Positions 18,298 to 28,060 of a DNA stretch of 64,000 bases are shown here, piece by piece. The notes under the pieces were generated by a model. The model made no database searches. It was not told where the DNA came from and worked only from the letters and a program-made list of their open reading frames with translations. Within the stretch, counting starts at the first letter, position 1, and each line of letters starts with the position of its first letter. The stretch is taken from positions 228,880 through 292,879 of the forward strand of contig JALVSY010000007.1 of NCBI GenBank assembly GCA_027036135.1. The letters are read 5' to 3'. Source of the stretch: Pyrodictiaceae archaeon (GTDB taxonomy: Archaea > Thermoproteota > Thermoprotei_A > Sulfolobales > Pyrodictiaceae). The position numbers and the translations under genes were made by a program.

Positions 18298-19710
18298 CTA
18301 GGAGCTTTGAATAGAGGGGATCCGCTGGCTTGCAAGTCTTGGAGGCCTATTGCGTGTAGGTATCACCCATCTATCCTTGCCCAATGCTAGCCACTTGTAG
18401 ATGAGGTCAGCATCCTCTATGCTTAATCCTACTTCTTGCAGTACCGAGGCAGCCGCCATTTTACTCATACCCTCAACGTTTATTCTTCTAAAGAATTCCC
18501 TTATCGCCACTAATCTCTTCAATGCCTTCTTTACTTCATCCACATTCCCGGCAGCAAACATGTTAGCTAAATACTGTAAAGGTATCCTCATTTCATCTAT
18601 AGATGGGATTATGGACTCGTACTTAGCATCATATGTACCGTTGGGCCCCATGCTTGCTATAACCGGGCTTAGTGGCGGTATATAGAACACCATAGGTAAT
18701 GTTCTATATTCCGGATGTAGTGGCAGCGCTATTTCCCACTTCTTGAACATATAGTATGCAGGGCTCTCCTGCGCAGCTTTAATAAAGTTGTCAGGGACTC
18801 CATCAGCCTTTGCTTGCTTTATAACCTTTGGATCGAAGGGATCCAGTATTATGCTACGATGAGCAGCTACTAGCTTATCTTCTGGAGCAGAAGCTGCCTC
18901 TAGTACTTTATCCTCGTCGTATAAGACGACTCCGACGTATCTTATTCTTCCAACGCACGTCTCAACACAGATCGGTGGTAGTCCTACCTCGAGCCTGGGG
19001 TAGCAGAATATGCATTTCTCGCTTTTACCAGTCTTCCAGTTAAAGAATATCTTTTTGTATGGGCAGGCTATCTCGCAGTATCTATAGCCCTTGCACCTGG
19101 TCTGGTCTATAAGTACTATACCGTCTTCCTTCCTCTTATATATAGCTTTTGTTGGGCAAGCCGCAACGCATGCTGGGTTCAAGCAATGGTTGCAGAGTCT
19201 TGGTAGATAGAACATAAATATGTTTCTCAGCGTCATATATATAGATGCTTGTATGTTCTTCCAATTAGGATCAGCTTTTCCATATATGTTTGCACCGCCT
19301 AGATCGTCGTCCCAGTTAGGACTCCACTTGATCTCCATTGGTTTCTTGGTGTACATGTTTATTGGGTTAGCAACTGGCTGCTCCTCTCCTACCTCTGGGG
19401 CAAATAGTGCCTTATAATCATAGGTATATGGTGTATAGTAATCTCTCATCTCCAACGGCTTAAACTTCTTCTCTACTTCAAGTCTTAGCCGAAGCTTACC
19501 GTTTACTAGTACCCAGCCTCCACCATATCTTTCTTGATCCTCCCATAGTTTGGGATAACCAACTCCAGGCCTTGTCTCTACATTAGCCCACCAAGCGTAC
19601 TCTTGGCCCTCTCTATTTGTCCATACCTTTTTCCCATTTATGGCACACGCATGGCATCCTAGACATTTATCGAGATTTATTACCATAGCGAACTGTGCTC
19701 TTATCAACAC
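18298..19710 (-). CDS. narH: respiratory nitrate reductase beta subunit
   Basis: NLDKCLGCHAC, PRLCNHCLNPACVAACP, CKGYRYCEIACP and KCIFCYPR Fe-S motifs. Confidence 0.97.
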   Translation of the reverse strand: MLIRAQFAMVINLDKCLGCHACAINGKKVWTNREGQEYAWWANVETRPGVGYPKLWEDQERYGGGWVLVNGKLRLRLEVEKKFKPLEMRDYYTPYTYDYKALFAPEVGEEQPVANPINMYTKKPMEIKWSPNWDDDLGGANIYGKADPNWKNIQASIYMTLRNIFMFYLPRLCNHCLNPACVAACPTKAIYKRKEDGIVLIDQTRCKGYRYCEIACPYKKIFFNWKTGKSEKCIFCYPRLEVGLPPICVETCVGRIRYVGVVLYDEDKVLEAASAPEDKLVAAHRSIILDPFDPKVIKQAKADGVPDNFIKAAQESPAYYMFKKWEIALPLHPEYRTLPMVFYIPPLSPVIASMGPNGTYDAKYESIIPSIDEMRIPLQYLANMFAAGNVDEVKKALKRLVAIREFFRRINVEGMSKMAAASVLQEVGLSIEDADLIYKWLALGKDRWVIPTRNRPPRLASQRIPSIQSS

Positions 19711-19749
19711 TTTTCACCCCTGCCCTATTCCTTACTTTTTATTATTGAG

Positions 19750-22700
19750 CTAGGTGCTTGAAGAAAAATCGGAGCCGAGCTTCTTATGGAGATACACAAT
19801 GGCTATATGGTCTCTGTTTATACCTGGCGGGCCATAGTAGTTGATGAAGAAGCTTAGCTGGGCATAGCCACCGACCATATCTGTTGGCTTAAGATATACT
19901 CTGGTAGGACTGTTGTGTGTACCGCCCTGCTTGCCTGTTAGCTTGCTCTTCTTGATATAGATGTGTCTCTCCTGGGCATGATACATGAATGCTACGCCCT
20001 CTGGTATCCTCGGGCTCGTTATAACCCTTGCTACAACTACGCCGTTATCATTCACTACCTCAACCCAGTCATTATCACTAAGCCCTGCCCATTCGGCATC
20101 CTTATCGTTAAGCCATATTACTTGTCCACCCCTGCCCAGTGTCATCATGAACCACGTGTCCCAGAAGGTTGTATGAATGTTCCACTTGCCATGAGGTGTT
20201 AGATATCTTAGCACTAGCATTTTCTTCCCATTAACCTCTATTCTATGCTGGCCCGGTATTATCGATCCAAGGCCAAGTCTCTTGCCAACATTAGTTATTT
20301 CGCCGAGCTTTAAGCCGTTAAGCGATGGCTTATAGGTTGGCAACATCTCACCTAATCCAAGGAACCAGTCATGGTCTATATAGAAGTGCTGCCTGCCGCT
20401 AAGCGTTCTCCATGGTATTAGTTTCTCCACGTTCTGCGTATAGGGAGCATATGTTCTGCCAGGATGCGGTATGCCGCTCCATATAGGCGATGTATGTACT
20501 CTCCTAGGCTGCCTTATGATATCTCTGAACTTTATTCTTTCGAGACTATCCACGAGTTCGACAAGGTTATTTAGGCCGGTCTTCTTCTCGAGATCCTTGA
20601 ACGCCCTAACACTTAGCTTTCCATTAGTCTCCGGGCTCAGAGCTAGTATGGCTTCTGCCACGTTCTTGTCCTTCTTAAGGCTTGGGCAACCATCTGGGCA
20701 CTTCTCCCAGTAGAGCACTCCGAACTCCTGCTTTAGCTCCTCGTAGACATCGCTTGCATCCATGCCTACTCCTTTGGCGCCTACCTTCTTTGCTCCCGGG
20801 CCTAGCGATATATACATCTTATAAACATTCTTGTAGTCTCTTTTCACTACATGCAGGTCCCACATAGTCTTACCAGGTATTGGCTCTCCTTCGCCCTTCC
20901 ACCACTCCTTGACAACGCCATAGGGCTGTGCTATCTCTAGCGGGGTGTCATGCCAGAGAGCTCGCGCGACTATATCTTCTACCGGCTCGGGGAAGTACTT
21001 TGCAGCCATTTCGCTAAACTTCTTTGCTAGCTCGGCGAATGCTTGCCAATCGGTCTTCGATTCCCATAGCGGTTCAACAGCCGGTGTGAATGGGTGAACG
21101 AAGGTATGCATATCGGTCATATTTAAGTCGTATTTCTCATACCAAGTAGCTGCTGGGAGCACTATATCAGCATAGAGCGATGTGGTACATACTCGGAAGT
21201 CGAGATCCACTAAGAGATCAAGTTTTCCTATAGGTGCTGGCTCTCTCCAGACAGCCTCTTTTACCTTGCCCTTAGCGTTCTCGTTAGCCATTACTTGTTC
21301 TAGTGGTGTGCCGAGGAGGTGCTTGAAGAAGTACTCAACGCCTTTACCGCTTGCGCCGAGTAGGTTAGACCGCCATACGAAGAGTACTCTGAGCCAGTTC
21401 TCCGGCGCGTCTGGATCCTCTATTGCAAACTTTAGCTTACCTTCCTTCAAAAGCTCAGCAACGTACTTTATCGGGTCCTTGCCCTGCTGTCTTGCCTCTT
21501 TTGCTAACTCTATTGGATTCCTATTCCACTGCGGATAGAATGGGAGCCATCCGAGCTTAGCGGCGATTATGTTACAATCCATTGAATGGTTACACTTTAC
21601 TTTCTTCTGTACCTCTTTTACCGAGGGAGCAAGATCCTTGACTTCCAAGGGATCATAACGCCACTGATCCGTGTGCACATAGAAGAAGCTTGGACTGTTC
21701 TGGTGCCTCGGGGGCTTCACCCAGTCCAGGGCAAATGCTACCTTGGCCCATCCGGTAAGGGTTCTTATCATTTCCTGGCCAACATAGTGGGCCCAACCGC
21801 CTCCGTTTCTACCCTCAGCCGCTGTTAACTTTATTAGCAACAATATGCTGCGATAAGTTAGGTCCGTATGGAACCACTGGTTGATACCAGAGCCCATTAG
21901 TATCATTACGCGGCCCTTACTCTTCAGCGCCGTCTCAGCAAACTCTCTCGCTATCTTTATTGCGAGGTTCCTCGAGATACCAGTTATCTTTTCTTGCCAT
22001 GCAGGGGTGAAGGGCTTTGGATCATCGTAGCTCGTTGGGTAATCACCAGGGAGCCCACGGTTCACGCCAAGATATGCTGTCAGTAAATCAAACACTGTTG
22101 TCACATAAACCGTACCATTCTTTGTCTTCACCTTCTTTACAGGGACACCGCGCTTTACTGTATATGATTGACCAAACTCTGGACCAAAGACTGGGAAGGT
22201 TACTTGTATTACTTCGTCCTGCATTCCGAGGAACGTGAGAACGGGGTCTATCTTTGTCCCCGTCACTGGGTCCTCGAGCTTCAGGTTCCATTTACCGCTA
22301 TTATTATCATCCCATCGATAACCTATTGATCCATTAACCAATCTTATCCTCTTTGTATTTGCATCGTAGACTAGGAGCTTCCATTCAGGGTTCTTCTCAT
22401 TACCATACCTAGGATCAGCGTACTCGCTTGGATCTAGATCAGATAGTCTTAGGAACTTGCCCGGCTTGTACTCACCATCCTCGTAATCCAGCTTGACGAG
22501 GAACGGCAGGTCCGTGTACTTCTTTACATAGTCCAGGAAGAAGTCATAATTCTTCTTTACATAGAACTCGGTGAGCAGGACATGCGCCATACCTAGTGCT
22601 AGAGCACCGTCTGTGCTGGGTTTTACTGGTATCCAGACATCAGCGAATTTTGTATTCTCGGTGTAGTCGGGGCTTACTACTACTATCTTGGTGCCCTTGT

Positions 22701-23622
22701 ATCTAACCTCTGCGAGGTAATGGCCATCAGGAGTTCTCGTCAATGGTATATTGGTGCCCCAGTCTATTATGTATGCTGCATTGTACCAGTCAGCGCTTTC
22801 TGGTACATCTGTTTGTTCGCCCCATATCTGAGGGCTCGCTGGTGGTAGGTCGGCGTACCAGTCATAGAAGCTGCCCATAGCGCCACCTATAAGCTCTATG
22901 AATCGTGAGCCGCTAGCGAAACTTACAGGACTCATAGCCGGTATCGGCGTGAATCCGAATATCCTATCGGGGCCATACTTCTTTATAGTGTATATTAGAG
23001 CTGCAGATATTATTTCAAGCGCTTCATCCCAAGTTGTTCGTACTAGTCCTCCTCGTCCGCGAGCGCTTGTATACATTTTCTTCTTGTTGGGGTCGGATAC
23101 TATGCTTTCCCAAGCCTTTACGGGATCACCATACATGGCCTTAGCTTGTCTCCAAAGCTGGAGGAGAGGCTTCCTTATGTAAGGGTACTTTATTCGTGTG
23201 GGCGAGTATATGTACCAGCTAAAGACGGCGCCTCTAGGACAACCCCTTGGTTCGTAATTTGGTATGGTTGGGCTTATTTCTGGATAATCCCTAGCTTGTA
23301 GCTCCCATGCTATTATACCGTCTTTTACATATACGAACCAAGAGCAAGAACCGGTACAGTTTACTCCATGAGTTGATCTCGCCACCTTATCGTATTTCCA
23401 CATATTCCTATATAGTTGCTCCCACTTCCTTAGTTGCTCCGGATAGCCAAGTCGCGGATTACCTATCTTTACTAAATACTTGTCTTTGTCAAGCACCTTG
23501 GCTATCTTGTCGGCTGATGCAATAAGCTTTATAGATGAAGCAGCAGCGCCCGCAGCAGCAAGTATCTTTAGAAAGTCCCTTCGTGTTAGTTTGCTGGTCT
23601 TCTCCTCTCCCAACACGTTCAC
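19750..23622 (-). CDS. narG: respiratory nitrate reductase alpha subunit with twin-arginine signal
   Basis: TRRDFLK Tat motif; STHGVNCTGSC (FS0); SFYDWYADLP (Mo ligand Asp); TPHGKWNIHT. Confidence 0.96.
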   Translation of the reverse strand: MNVLGEEKTSKLTRRDFLKILAAAGAAASSIKLIASADKIAKVLDKDKYLVKIGNPRLGYPEQLRKWEQLYRNMWKYDKVARSTHGVNCTGSCSWFVYVKDGIIAWELQARDYPEISPTIPNYEPRGCPRGAVFSWYIYSPTRIKYPYIRKPLLQLWRQAKAMYGDPVKAWESIVSDPNKKKMYTSARGRGGLVRTTWDEALEIISAALIYTIKKYGPDRIFGFTPIPAMSPVSFASGSRFIELIGGAMGSFYDWYADLPPASPQIWGEQTDVPESADWYNAAYIIDWGTNIPLTRTPDGHYLAEVRYKGTKIVVVSPDYTENTKFADVWIPVKPSTDGALALGMAHVLLTEFYVKKNYDFFLDYVKKYTDLPFLVKLDYEDGEYKPGKFLRLSDLDPSEYADPRYGNEKNPEWKLLVYDANTKRIRLVNGSIGYRWDDNNSGKWNLKLEDPVTGTKIDPVLTFLGMQDEVIQVTFPVFGPEFGQSYTVKRGVPVKKVKTKNGTVYVTTVFDLLTAYLGVNRGLPGDYPTSYDDPKPFTPAWQEKITGISRNLAIKIAREFAETALKSKGRVMILMGSGINQWFHTDLTYRSILLLIKLTAAEGRNGGGWAHYVGQEMIRTLTGWAKVAFALDWVKPPRHQNSPSFFYVHTDQWRYDPLEVKDLAPSVKEVQKKVKCNHSMDCNIIAAKLGWLPFYPQWNRNPIELAKEARQQGKDPIKYVAELLKEGKLKFAIEDPDAPENWLRVLFVWRSNLLGASGKGVEYFFKHLLGTPLEQVMANENAKGKVKEAVWREPAPIGKLDLLVDLDFRVCTTSLYADIVLPAATWYEKYDLNMTDMHTFVHPFTPAVEPLWESKTDWQAFAELAKKFSEMAAKYFPEPVEDIVARALWHDTPLEIAQPYGVVKEWWKGEGEPIPGKTMWDLHVVKRDYKNVYKMYISLGPGAKKVGAKGVGMDASDVYEELKQEFGVLYWEKCPDGCPSLKKDKNVAEAILALSPETNGKLSVRAFKDLEKKTGLNNLVELVDSLERIKFRDIIRQPRRVHTSPIWSGIPHPGRTYAPYTQNVEKLIPWRTLSGRQHFYIDHDWFLGLGEMLPTYKPSLNGLKLGEITNVGKRLGLGSIIPGQHRIEVNGKKMLVLRYLTPHGKWNIHTTFWDTWFMMTLGRGGQVIWLNDKDAEWAGLSDNDWVEVVNDNGVVVARVITSPRIPEGVAFMYHAQERHIYIKKSKLTGKQGGTHNSPTRVYLKPTDMVGGYAQLSFFINYYGPPGINRDHIAIVYLHKKLGSDFSSST

Positions 23623-23800
23623 CTTAAATGCGCGATAATATGCGCTCCAATTACAGTCTTTATGTTACCTCATGACTCATTTTAATAGAGAACCCCGGAA
23701 TATTCTGGTGGGACTAAAACCTTATTCGTGTTCGTGGAGGCACTTGGCCGAGACACCCATTTTAGCTTTAAGCAAGAATCTATTCGAAGAGGGCTAAGCT

Positions 23801-25186
23801 ATGGCGCTCCGTGTGGTTGTTGTTGGTGCTGGAGCTGCTGGTATGAGTGCTGCTAGTCGTGTTAAGCGCCTCCTGCGTGACAAGGCAGAGGTTGTTGTGT
23901 TTGAGAAGGGTGGCTGGGTTAGCTTTGCTCTATGCGGTACTCCTTACTATGTTGGTTGCCGTGTTAAGAGTCTGGAGGAGCTAACGTATTACCCGTTGGA
24001 GGAGTTTACCAAGAAGCGTGGAATAAGGATAAACCTCTACACTGAAGTAGTTGATGTTGAGGCTGATGCGCGGCGTATCCGTTACCGTAGCCGGGGCGGT
24101 GAGGAGGGAGTCTACGAGTATGATTACTTGGTGCTAGCTACTGGTGCGCGGCCCCGTGTGCCCCGGGACTGGCTTGGCTACGAGAACGTGTTTACTCTCC
24201 ATAGCCTCGACGAGGCTGATCGTATTAGGAGCTTCCTTGTAGCTAACTCGGTGAAGCGCGTAGTTGTCATAGGTGGTGGGTATACAGGGGTTGAGGTTGC
24301 GGAGAACCTTCGGGGCCTCGGCAAAGAGGTTGTACTAGTTCATAGCCGTGGCCATGTCCTCAATAAGGTCCTTGACGAGGAAATAGCAAGTATTGTTGAG
24401 GAGAAGGCCCGGGGGCACGGAGTAGAGCTTGTCCTCGGGAAACGAGTAGAGGCGTTGGAGGGCCAGGGCGGGAGAGCCAGGAGGGCGGTGCTTACAGGCG
24501 GCGACGCAGTGGAGGCTGATGCGTTCATAGTCGCGCCCGGTATTGAGCCAAACACTGTTCTCGCCGAGAAGGCTGGCTTAAGGATAGGGGAGACGGGGGC
24601 TATCTGGACCGATGAACATATGAGGACTAGTAATGAGTACATCTATGCCGTGGGGGACGCTGTTGAGACACGTGACGCTTTGACTGGTGGTAGGGTTTGG
24701 TGGCCGTTCGCGCCTGCTGGTAATAAGCAGGGCTACGTAGCTGGCACGAACATTGCTGGCGGGGAGGCCGTGTTCCCTGGCGTGGTTCGTTCAAGTGCCT
24801 TGGGGGCCTTCGGGCTCTACATAGCCTCTACTGGTCTACGCGAGGAGGACGCGCCAAGGTATGGGTTCAGGCCTGTCTCTGCCTACTTGAAGGCGCGTAC
24901 ACGGTCCCATTACTTTGGTGGGGGGCCAGAGATACACCTAAAGGTGATAGCTGACGAGGAGACGGGGCGCCTCATAGGCGCCCAGGCTGTGTCGGAGGAC
25001 TCTAGCGCGTTCTGGAGAGTGAATATTGTCTCGGCACTGATATGGGGCAAGGCTACAGTATGGGACTTGTTTAGCTACGACCAGTCCTACTGGCCAGGCG
25101 CGAACCCGGTATGGGACCCGTTAACGATTGCTGCTAGGTTGCTCCTCCGAAGCTTCCGTGGCCGGGATTGGAGGACACTGAGCTAA
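23801..25186 (+). CDS. CoA-disulfide reductase / NADH oxidase family flavoprotein
   Basis: GAGAAG FAD motif, SFALCG active-site Cys, GGGYTGVE NAD(P)H motif, YAVGD. Confidence 0.9.
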   Translation: MALRVVVVGAGAAGMSAASRVKRLLRDKAEVVVFEKGGWVSFALCGTPYYVGCRVKSLEELTYYPLEEFTKKRGIRINLYTEVVDVEADARRIRYRSRGGEEGVYEYDYLVLATGARPRVPRDWLGYENVFTLHSLDEADRIRSFLVANSVKRVVVIGGGYTGVEVAENLRGLGKEVVLVHSRGHVLNKVLDEEIASIVEEKARGHGVELVLGKRVEALEGQGGRARRAVLTGGDAVEADAFIVAPGIEPNTVLAEKAGLRIGETGAIWTDEHMRTSNEYIYAVGDAVETRDALTGGRVWWPFAPAGNKQGYVAGTNIAGGEAVFPGVVRSSALGAFGLYIASTGLREEDAPRYGFRPVSAYLKARTRSHYFGGGPEIHLKVIADEETGRLIGAQAVSEDSSAFWRVNIVSALIWGKATVWDLFSYDQSYWPGANPVWDPLTIAARLLLRSFRGRDWRTLS

Positions 25187-25216
25187 AGACCCACTTTTCT
25201 TCTTCCTTGGGCTTGT

Positions 25217-26068
25217 TTATTTCTTCCTAAGCAGTAGTGCGAGTGGGCGCGAAGTCGCTGCTAGGAATGCGAAGACCGCGAATCCGATAATTGATAATGA
25301 GCTATTACGAGTAGCTATGGCTGCTACAAGGCCTATACCGGACCATAGGAACGCTATGAGGAGTTCGAGCCCGCCGAGCCTTTCCACTAGGCTCTGCTTG
25401 CCACGAGGAGTCGCTAGCGCTACTAAGCCTGCGGCGAGGCCGAGAACGAGGCCTACTACGTGTTGCGCTGAGTCGTAGCCAGGGTTCTTCACGAGAGCGA
25501 GAAGAGCTAGTGGAACCGCGGCTATTATCATTATTGCTGATGCTCGGAGGGTGCTGTAGCGCTTGCGCAGCACTAGGTATACTGCAGCGAGTACCGCGCC
25601 TATAGTGGCTCCTCCCACTACGTCGCGGAGATAGTGTACGTGTAGAACTAGCCGTGAGCAAGACACAGCAGTTACCGCCATTGCTCCACCGAGCAGCGCT
25701 AGAGGGCTAAGGGTCTCGGCGACGACGATCCCCCAGAACAGCGACGCCATTAATGCATGCCCGCTCGGGAACCCTGGGCCAGAGGCGTGTACAAGCCACT
25801 CGCTCTGCGGGGGACGAGGCAAGTTGATATAGACTTTCAAGAAGACACCGAGAGCCGAGCCAAGTGCTAGGCCTGATACCAGCCTTATCCCGAGAACTCC
25901 ACTGAGCACAATGTATACCAGGAGCCCTATCACCATGTAGGCTGCCTCCCCGCCTATAGCGGAGACCAACTTACAGCCACTAACCCCGCCCAAGGGGCAG
26001 GCAGCGAGCTCCGCAACACCTATTGCTAGCACGAGTAGCCCTACCTTGCCGCTACGGGATAGCTGCAT
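25217..26068 (-). CDS. PAP2 family membrane phosphatase
   Basis: K......RP, FPSGH and SRLVLHVHY..D motifs. Confidence 0.9.
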   Translation of the reverse strand: MQLSRSGKVGLLVLAIGVAELAACPLGGVSGCKLVSAIGGEAAYMVIGLLVYIVLSGVLGIRLVSGLALGSALGVFLKVYINLPRPPQSEWLVHASGPGFPSGHALMASLFWGIVVAETLSPLALLGGAMAVTAVSCSRLVLHVHYLRDVVGGATIGAVLAAVYLVLRKRYSTLRASAIMIIAAVPLALLALVKNPGYDSAQHVVGLVLGLAAGLVALATPRGKQSLVERLGGLELLIAFLWSGIGLVAAIATRNSSLSIIGFAVFAFLAATSRPLALLLRKK

Positions 26069-26205
26069 AGGCAGGCACCCACAAGTGCCGAGGAGGAGCG
26101 CTGGCCTCGTCTTCGGCTAACAAGTAGGAAGCGAGGCAAAATATTGTTCTTCCACTACGCCCTACTCGGTGAACCAGGAAGAGGACAAAGGGGTAGGAAG
26201 AAGGG

Positions 26206-27798
26206 TTGCCCAGAATAGCGCTCGTCACTGGGAGGAGGGCGGCACCGAGGCTAAGAGATCTTGCTGCGCTCCTGCGCGAGGAGACAGGATGGGTAATTGA
26301 TGTAGTAGAGGCTCCGGTTGATATAGCTGCTCTTATTCCACGAGAGGTTCTCCGAGAAGTAATACGTAGTATAGGCAAGGACTACGACTTGGTTATTGTC
26401 CCGGGTACGCTGAGCTACGACGTAGCTGGGTTAGGCAGGGAGCTAGGAGTACCCGTTGTCAAGGGCCCAGAGGACCCCGGCGCCCTCTACCTCTTAACCG
26501 AGTTAGGCGAAGAGGGGCTAAGAGAGCTGCAGCGACTAGGGCGCTTAGAGCCAAGCCTCTTGCTCGACAAGTGGCTTGAGGAGCTTCGGCGCCATCACGA
26601 GGAGGCCGATGGTGTTGAGGTTTGCGGGGTAAGTATCCCGGTTAGGCCTCCCCCGCTAGTTGTTGCTGCCGAGGTCTATGTTGAGCAGGGCGAGGAACAC
26701 GTTGAGGAAGCAGCTAGGAAGGCCCGAGAGCTTAGCAGGAGGGGGGCGGACATAATTGTTGCAGGATTTAGCGCGAGTTGGGACACCGACGAAGCGTATC
26801 GCGCGTTGAAGAGAGTTGCGGAGGAGAGCGAGGCGCCAGTAGCCATTGATACGCCGGACCGCGTGCTCGCCGCGAGAGCTACTGCCGATGGCCCTGTATG
26901 CCTCGTATTCACATTGGGTATCGATGACCCCCTCTTTGATGTTCTCCCCCGAGGCACCGCTGTGGTTGTTGCACCCTTCGGCAAGAACTACTCGTTGCCG
27001 AGCAGCCCTGTGGAGAGAGCAGAGGCCCTAGCAGGGCTCGTCGCCAAGGCCCGTGAGAAAGGATTAGCTCCTATTGCTGACCCAGTCCTAAGCGCACCGG
27101 GCTATGGATTCGCTGAGAGCGTTATAGCGTACTATGAGGCGGCGAGGAGGATTAGGGATGCCCCGCTCCTAGCCGGTATAGCGAATATCTACGAGCTAGT
27201 CGATGCTGATAGTACTGGTCAGGTCGCTGTACTTACTCAGCTCTTCGGCGAGCTGGGGGCTAGCATGCTCCTCGTAACAGAGGAGAGCAGGAAGGCAACG
27301 ATGGCGGTAACAGAGACAGCGATAGCTGCCACCATGACTAGTATCTCCTTGCTGAAGAAGAGGCCACCGAAGGACCTCGGAGTAGACTTGTTGCTGGCCA
27401 AGGAGAAGAGGGCTAAGCCACCACCAAGACTGCCCAAGAAGCCGGACCATGTACTAGGCGCCGAGACCCTGGCAGCCTGGCACGGCTTCCGCCAAGACCT
27501 CCGCGGCAGCCACCTCATAGCAGCAGAGAACAACACTATACGAGACATCTACATGGGCAGGAGAGGAGTAATAGAGCTAAGAGCAAGGAGGGCACAAGAC
27601 ATCTATAAGGCTATTAGCTACCTAGGTCTCGCGAGCGAGCCAAGCCACTACGCGTACCTAGGCTACGAGCTATGCAAGGCAGAGCTAGCAGCAAGGCTTC
27701 ACAGAAGCTATGTACAGGAGGAGGAAGTCGTGGCGCCGCCGTGGACTCGTTGCAAGTTCTACAGCGCAAGGAAAAAGGCCATTGAGAAACTAGGCTAG
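26206..27798 (+). CDS. archaeal dihydropteroate synthase-like protein
   Basis: ALVTGRRA N-terminal domain, pterin-binding TIM barrel (AIDT, IADP, ELVDADS), PKDLGVDLL, HYAYLGYELCKAE. Confidence 0.85.
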   Translation: MPRIALVTGRRAAPRLRDLAALLREETGWVIDVVEAPVDIAALIPREVLREVIRSIGKDYDLVIVPGTLSYDVAGLGRELGVPVVKGPEDPGALYLLTELGEEGLRELQRLGRLEPSLLLDKWLEELRRHHEEADGVEVCGVSIPVRPPPLVVAAEVYVEQGEEHVEEAARKARELSRRGADIIVAGFSASWDTDEAYRALKRVAEESEAPVAIDTPDRVLAARATADGPVCLVFTLGIDDPLFDVLPRGTAVVVAPFGKNYSLPSSPVERAEALAGLVAKAREKGLAPIADPVLSAPGYGFAESVIAYYEAARRIRDAPLLAGIANIYELVDADSTGQVAVLTQLFGELGASMLLVTEESRKATMAVTETAIAATMTSISLLKKRPPKDLGVDLLLAKEKRAKPPPRLPKKPDHVLGAETLAAWHGFRQDLRGSHLIAAENNTIRDIYMGRRGVIELRARRAQDIYKAISYLGLASEPSHYAYLGYELCKAELAARLHRSYVQEEEVVAPPWTRCKFYSARKKAIEKLG

Positions 27799-27806
27799 GA
27801 GGCTGC

Positions 27807-27959
27807 CTACGCCTCCTTGGACTTGACTACGATGCTTCTGCCTCGCCACTCGTAGCGACCCTCGCGGAGAGCCTCTAGTAGCTCACGAGCCTTCTTATCA
27901 TTCGGGTGCTTCCTTAGGTGCCTCTCAAGCCTACGTATTAGCCTCAGCTTCCTCGACAA
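27807..27959 (-). CDS. small basic protein (50 aa), not in ORF track
   Basis: TTG start after GAGGGGGTG SD; MSRKLRLIRRLERHLRKHPNDKKARELLEALREGRYEWRGRSIVVKSKEA*; fills an otherwise empty gap. Confidence 0.7.
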   Translation of the reverse strand: MSRKLRLIRRLERHLRKHPNDKKARELLEALREGRYEWRGRSIVVKSKEA

Positions 27960-28060
27960 GGGAGGACACACCCCCTCTTACCGTACGGTCTCGCCTCTCT
28001 CATCCAAGTGCCCGGTGATAGGGTGAGGCCTCCTCTTAAGCACTAATCCAGGCGTTTTCC

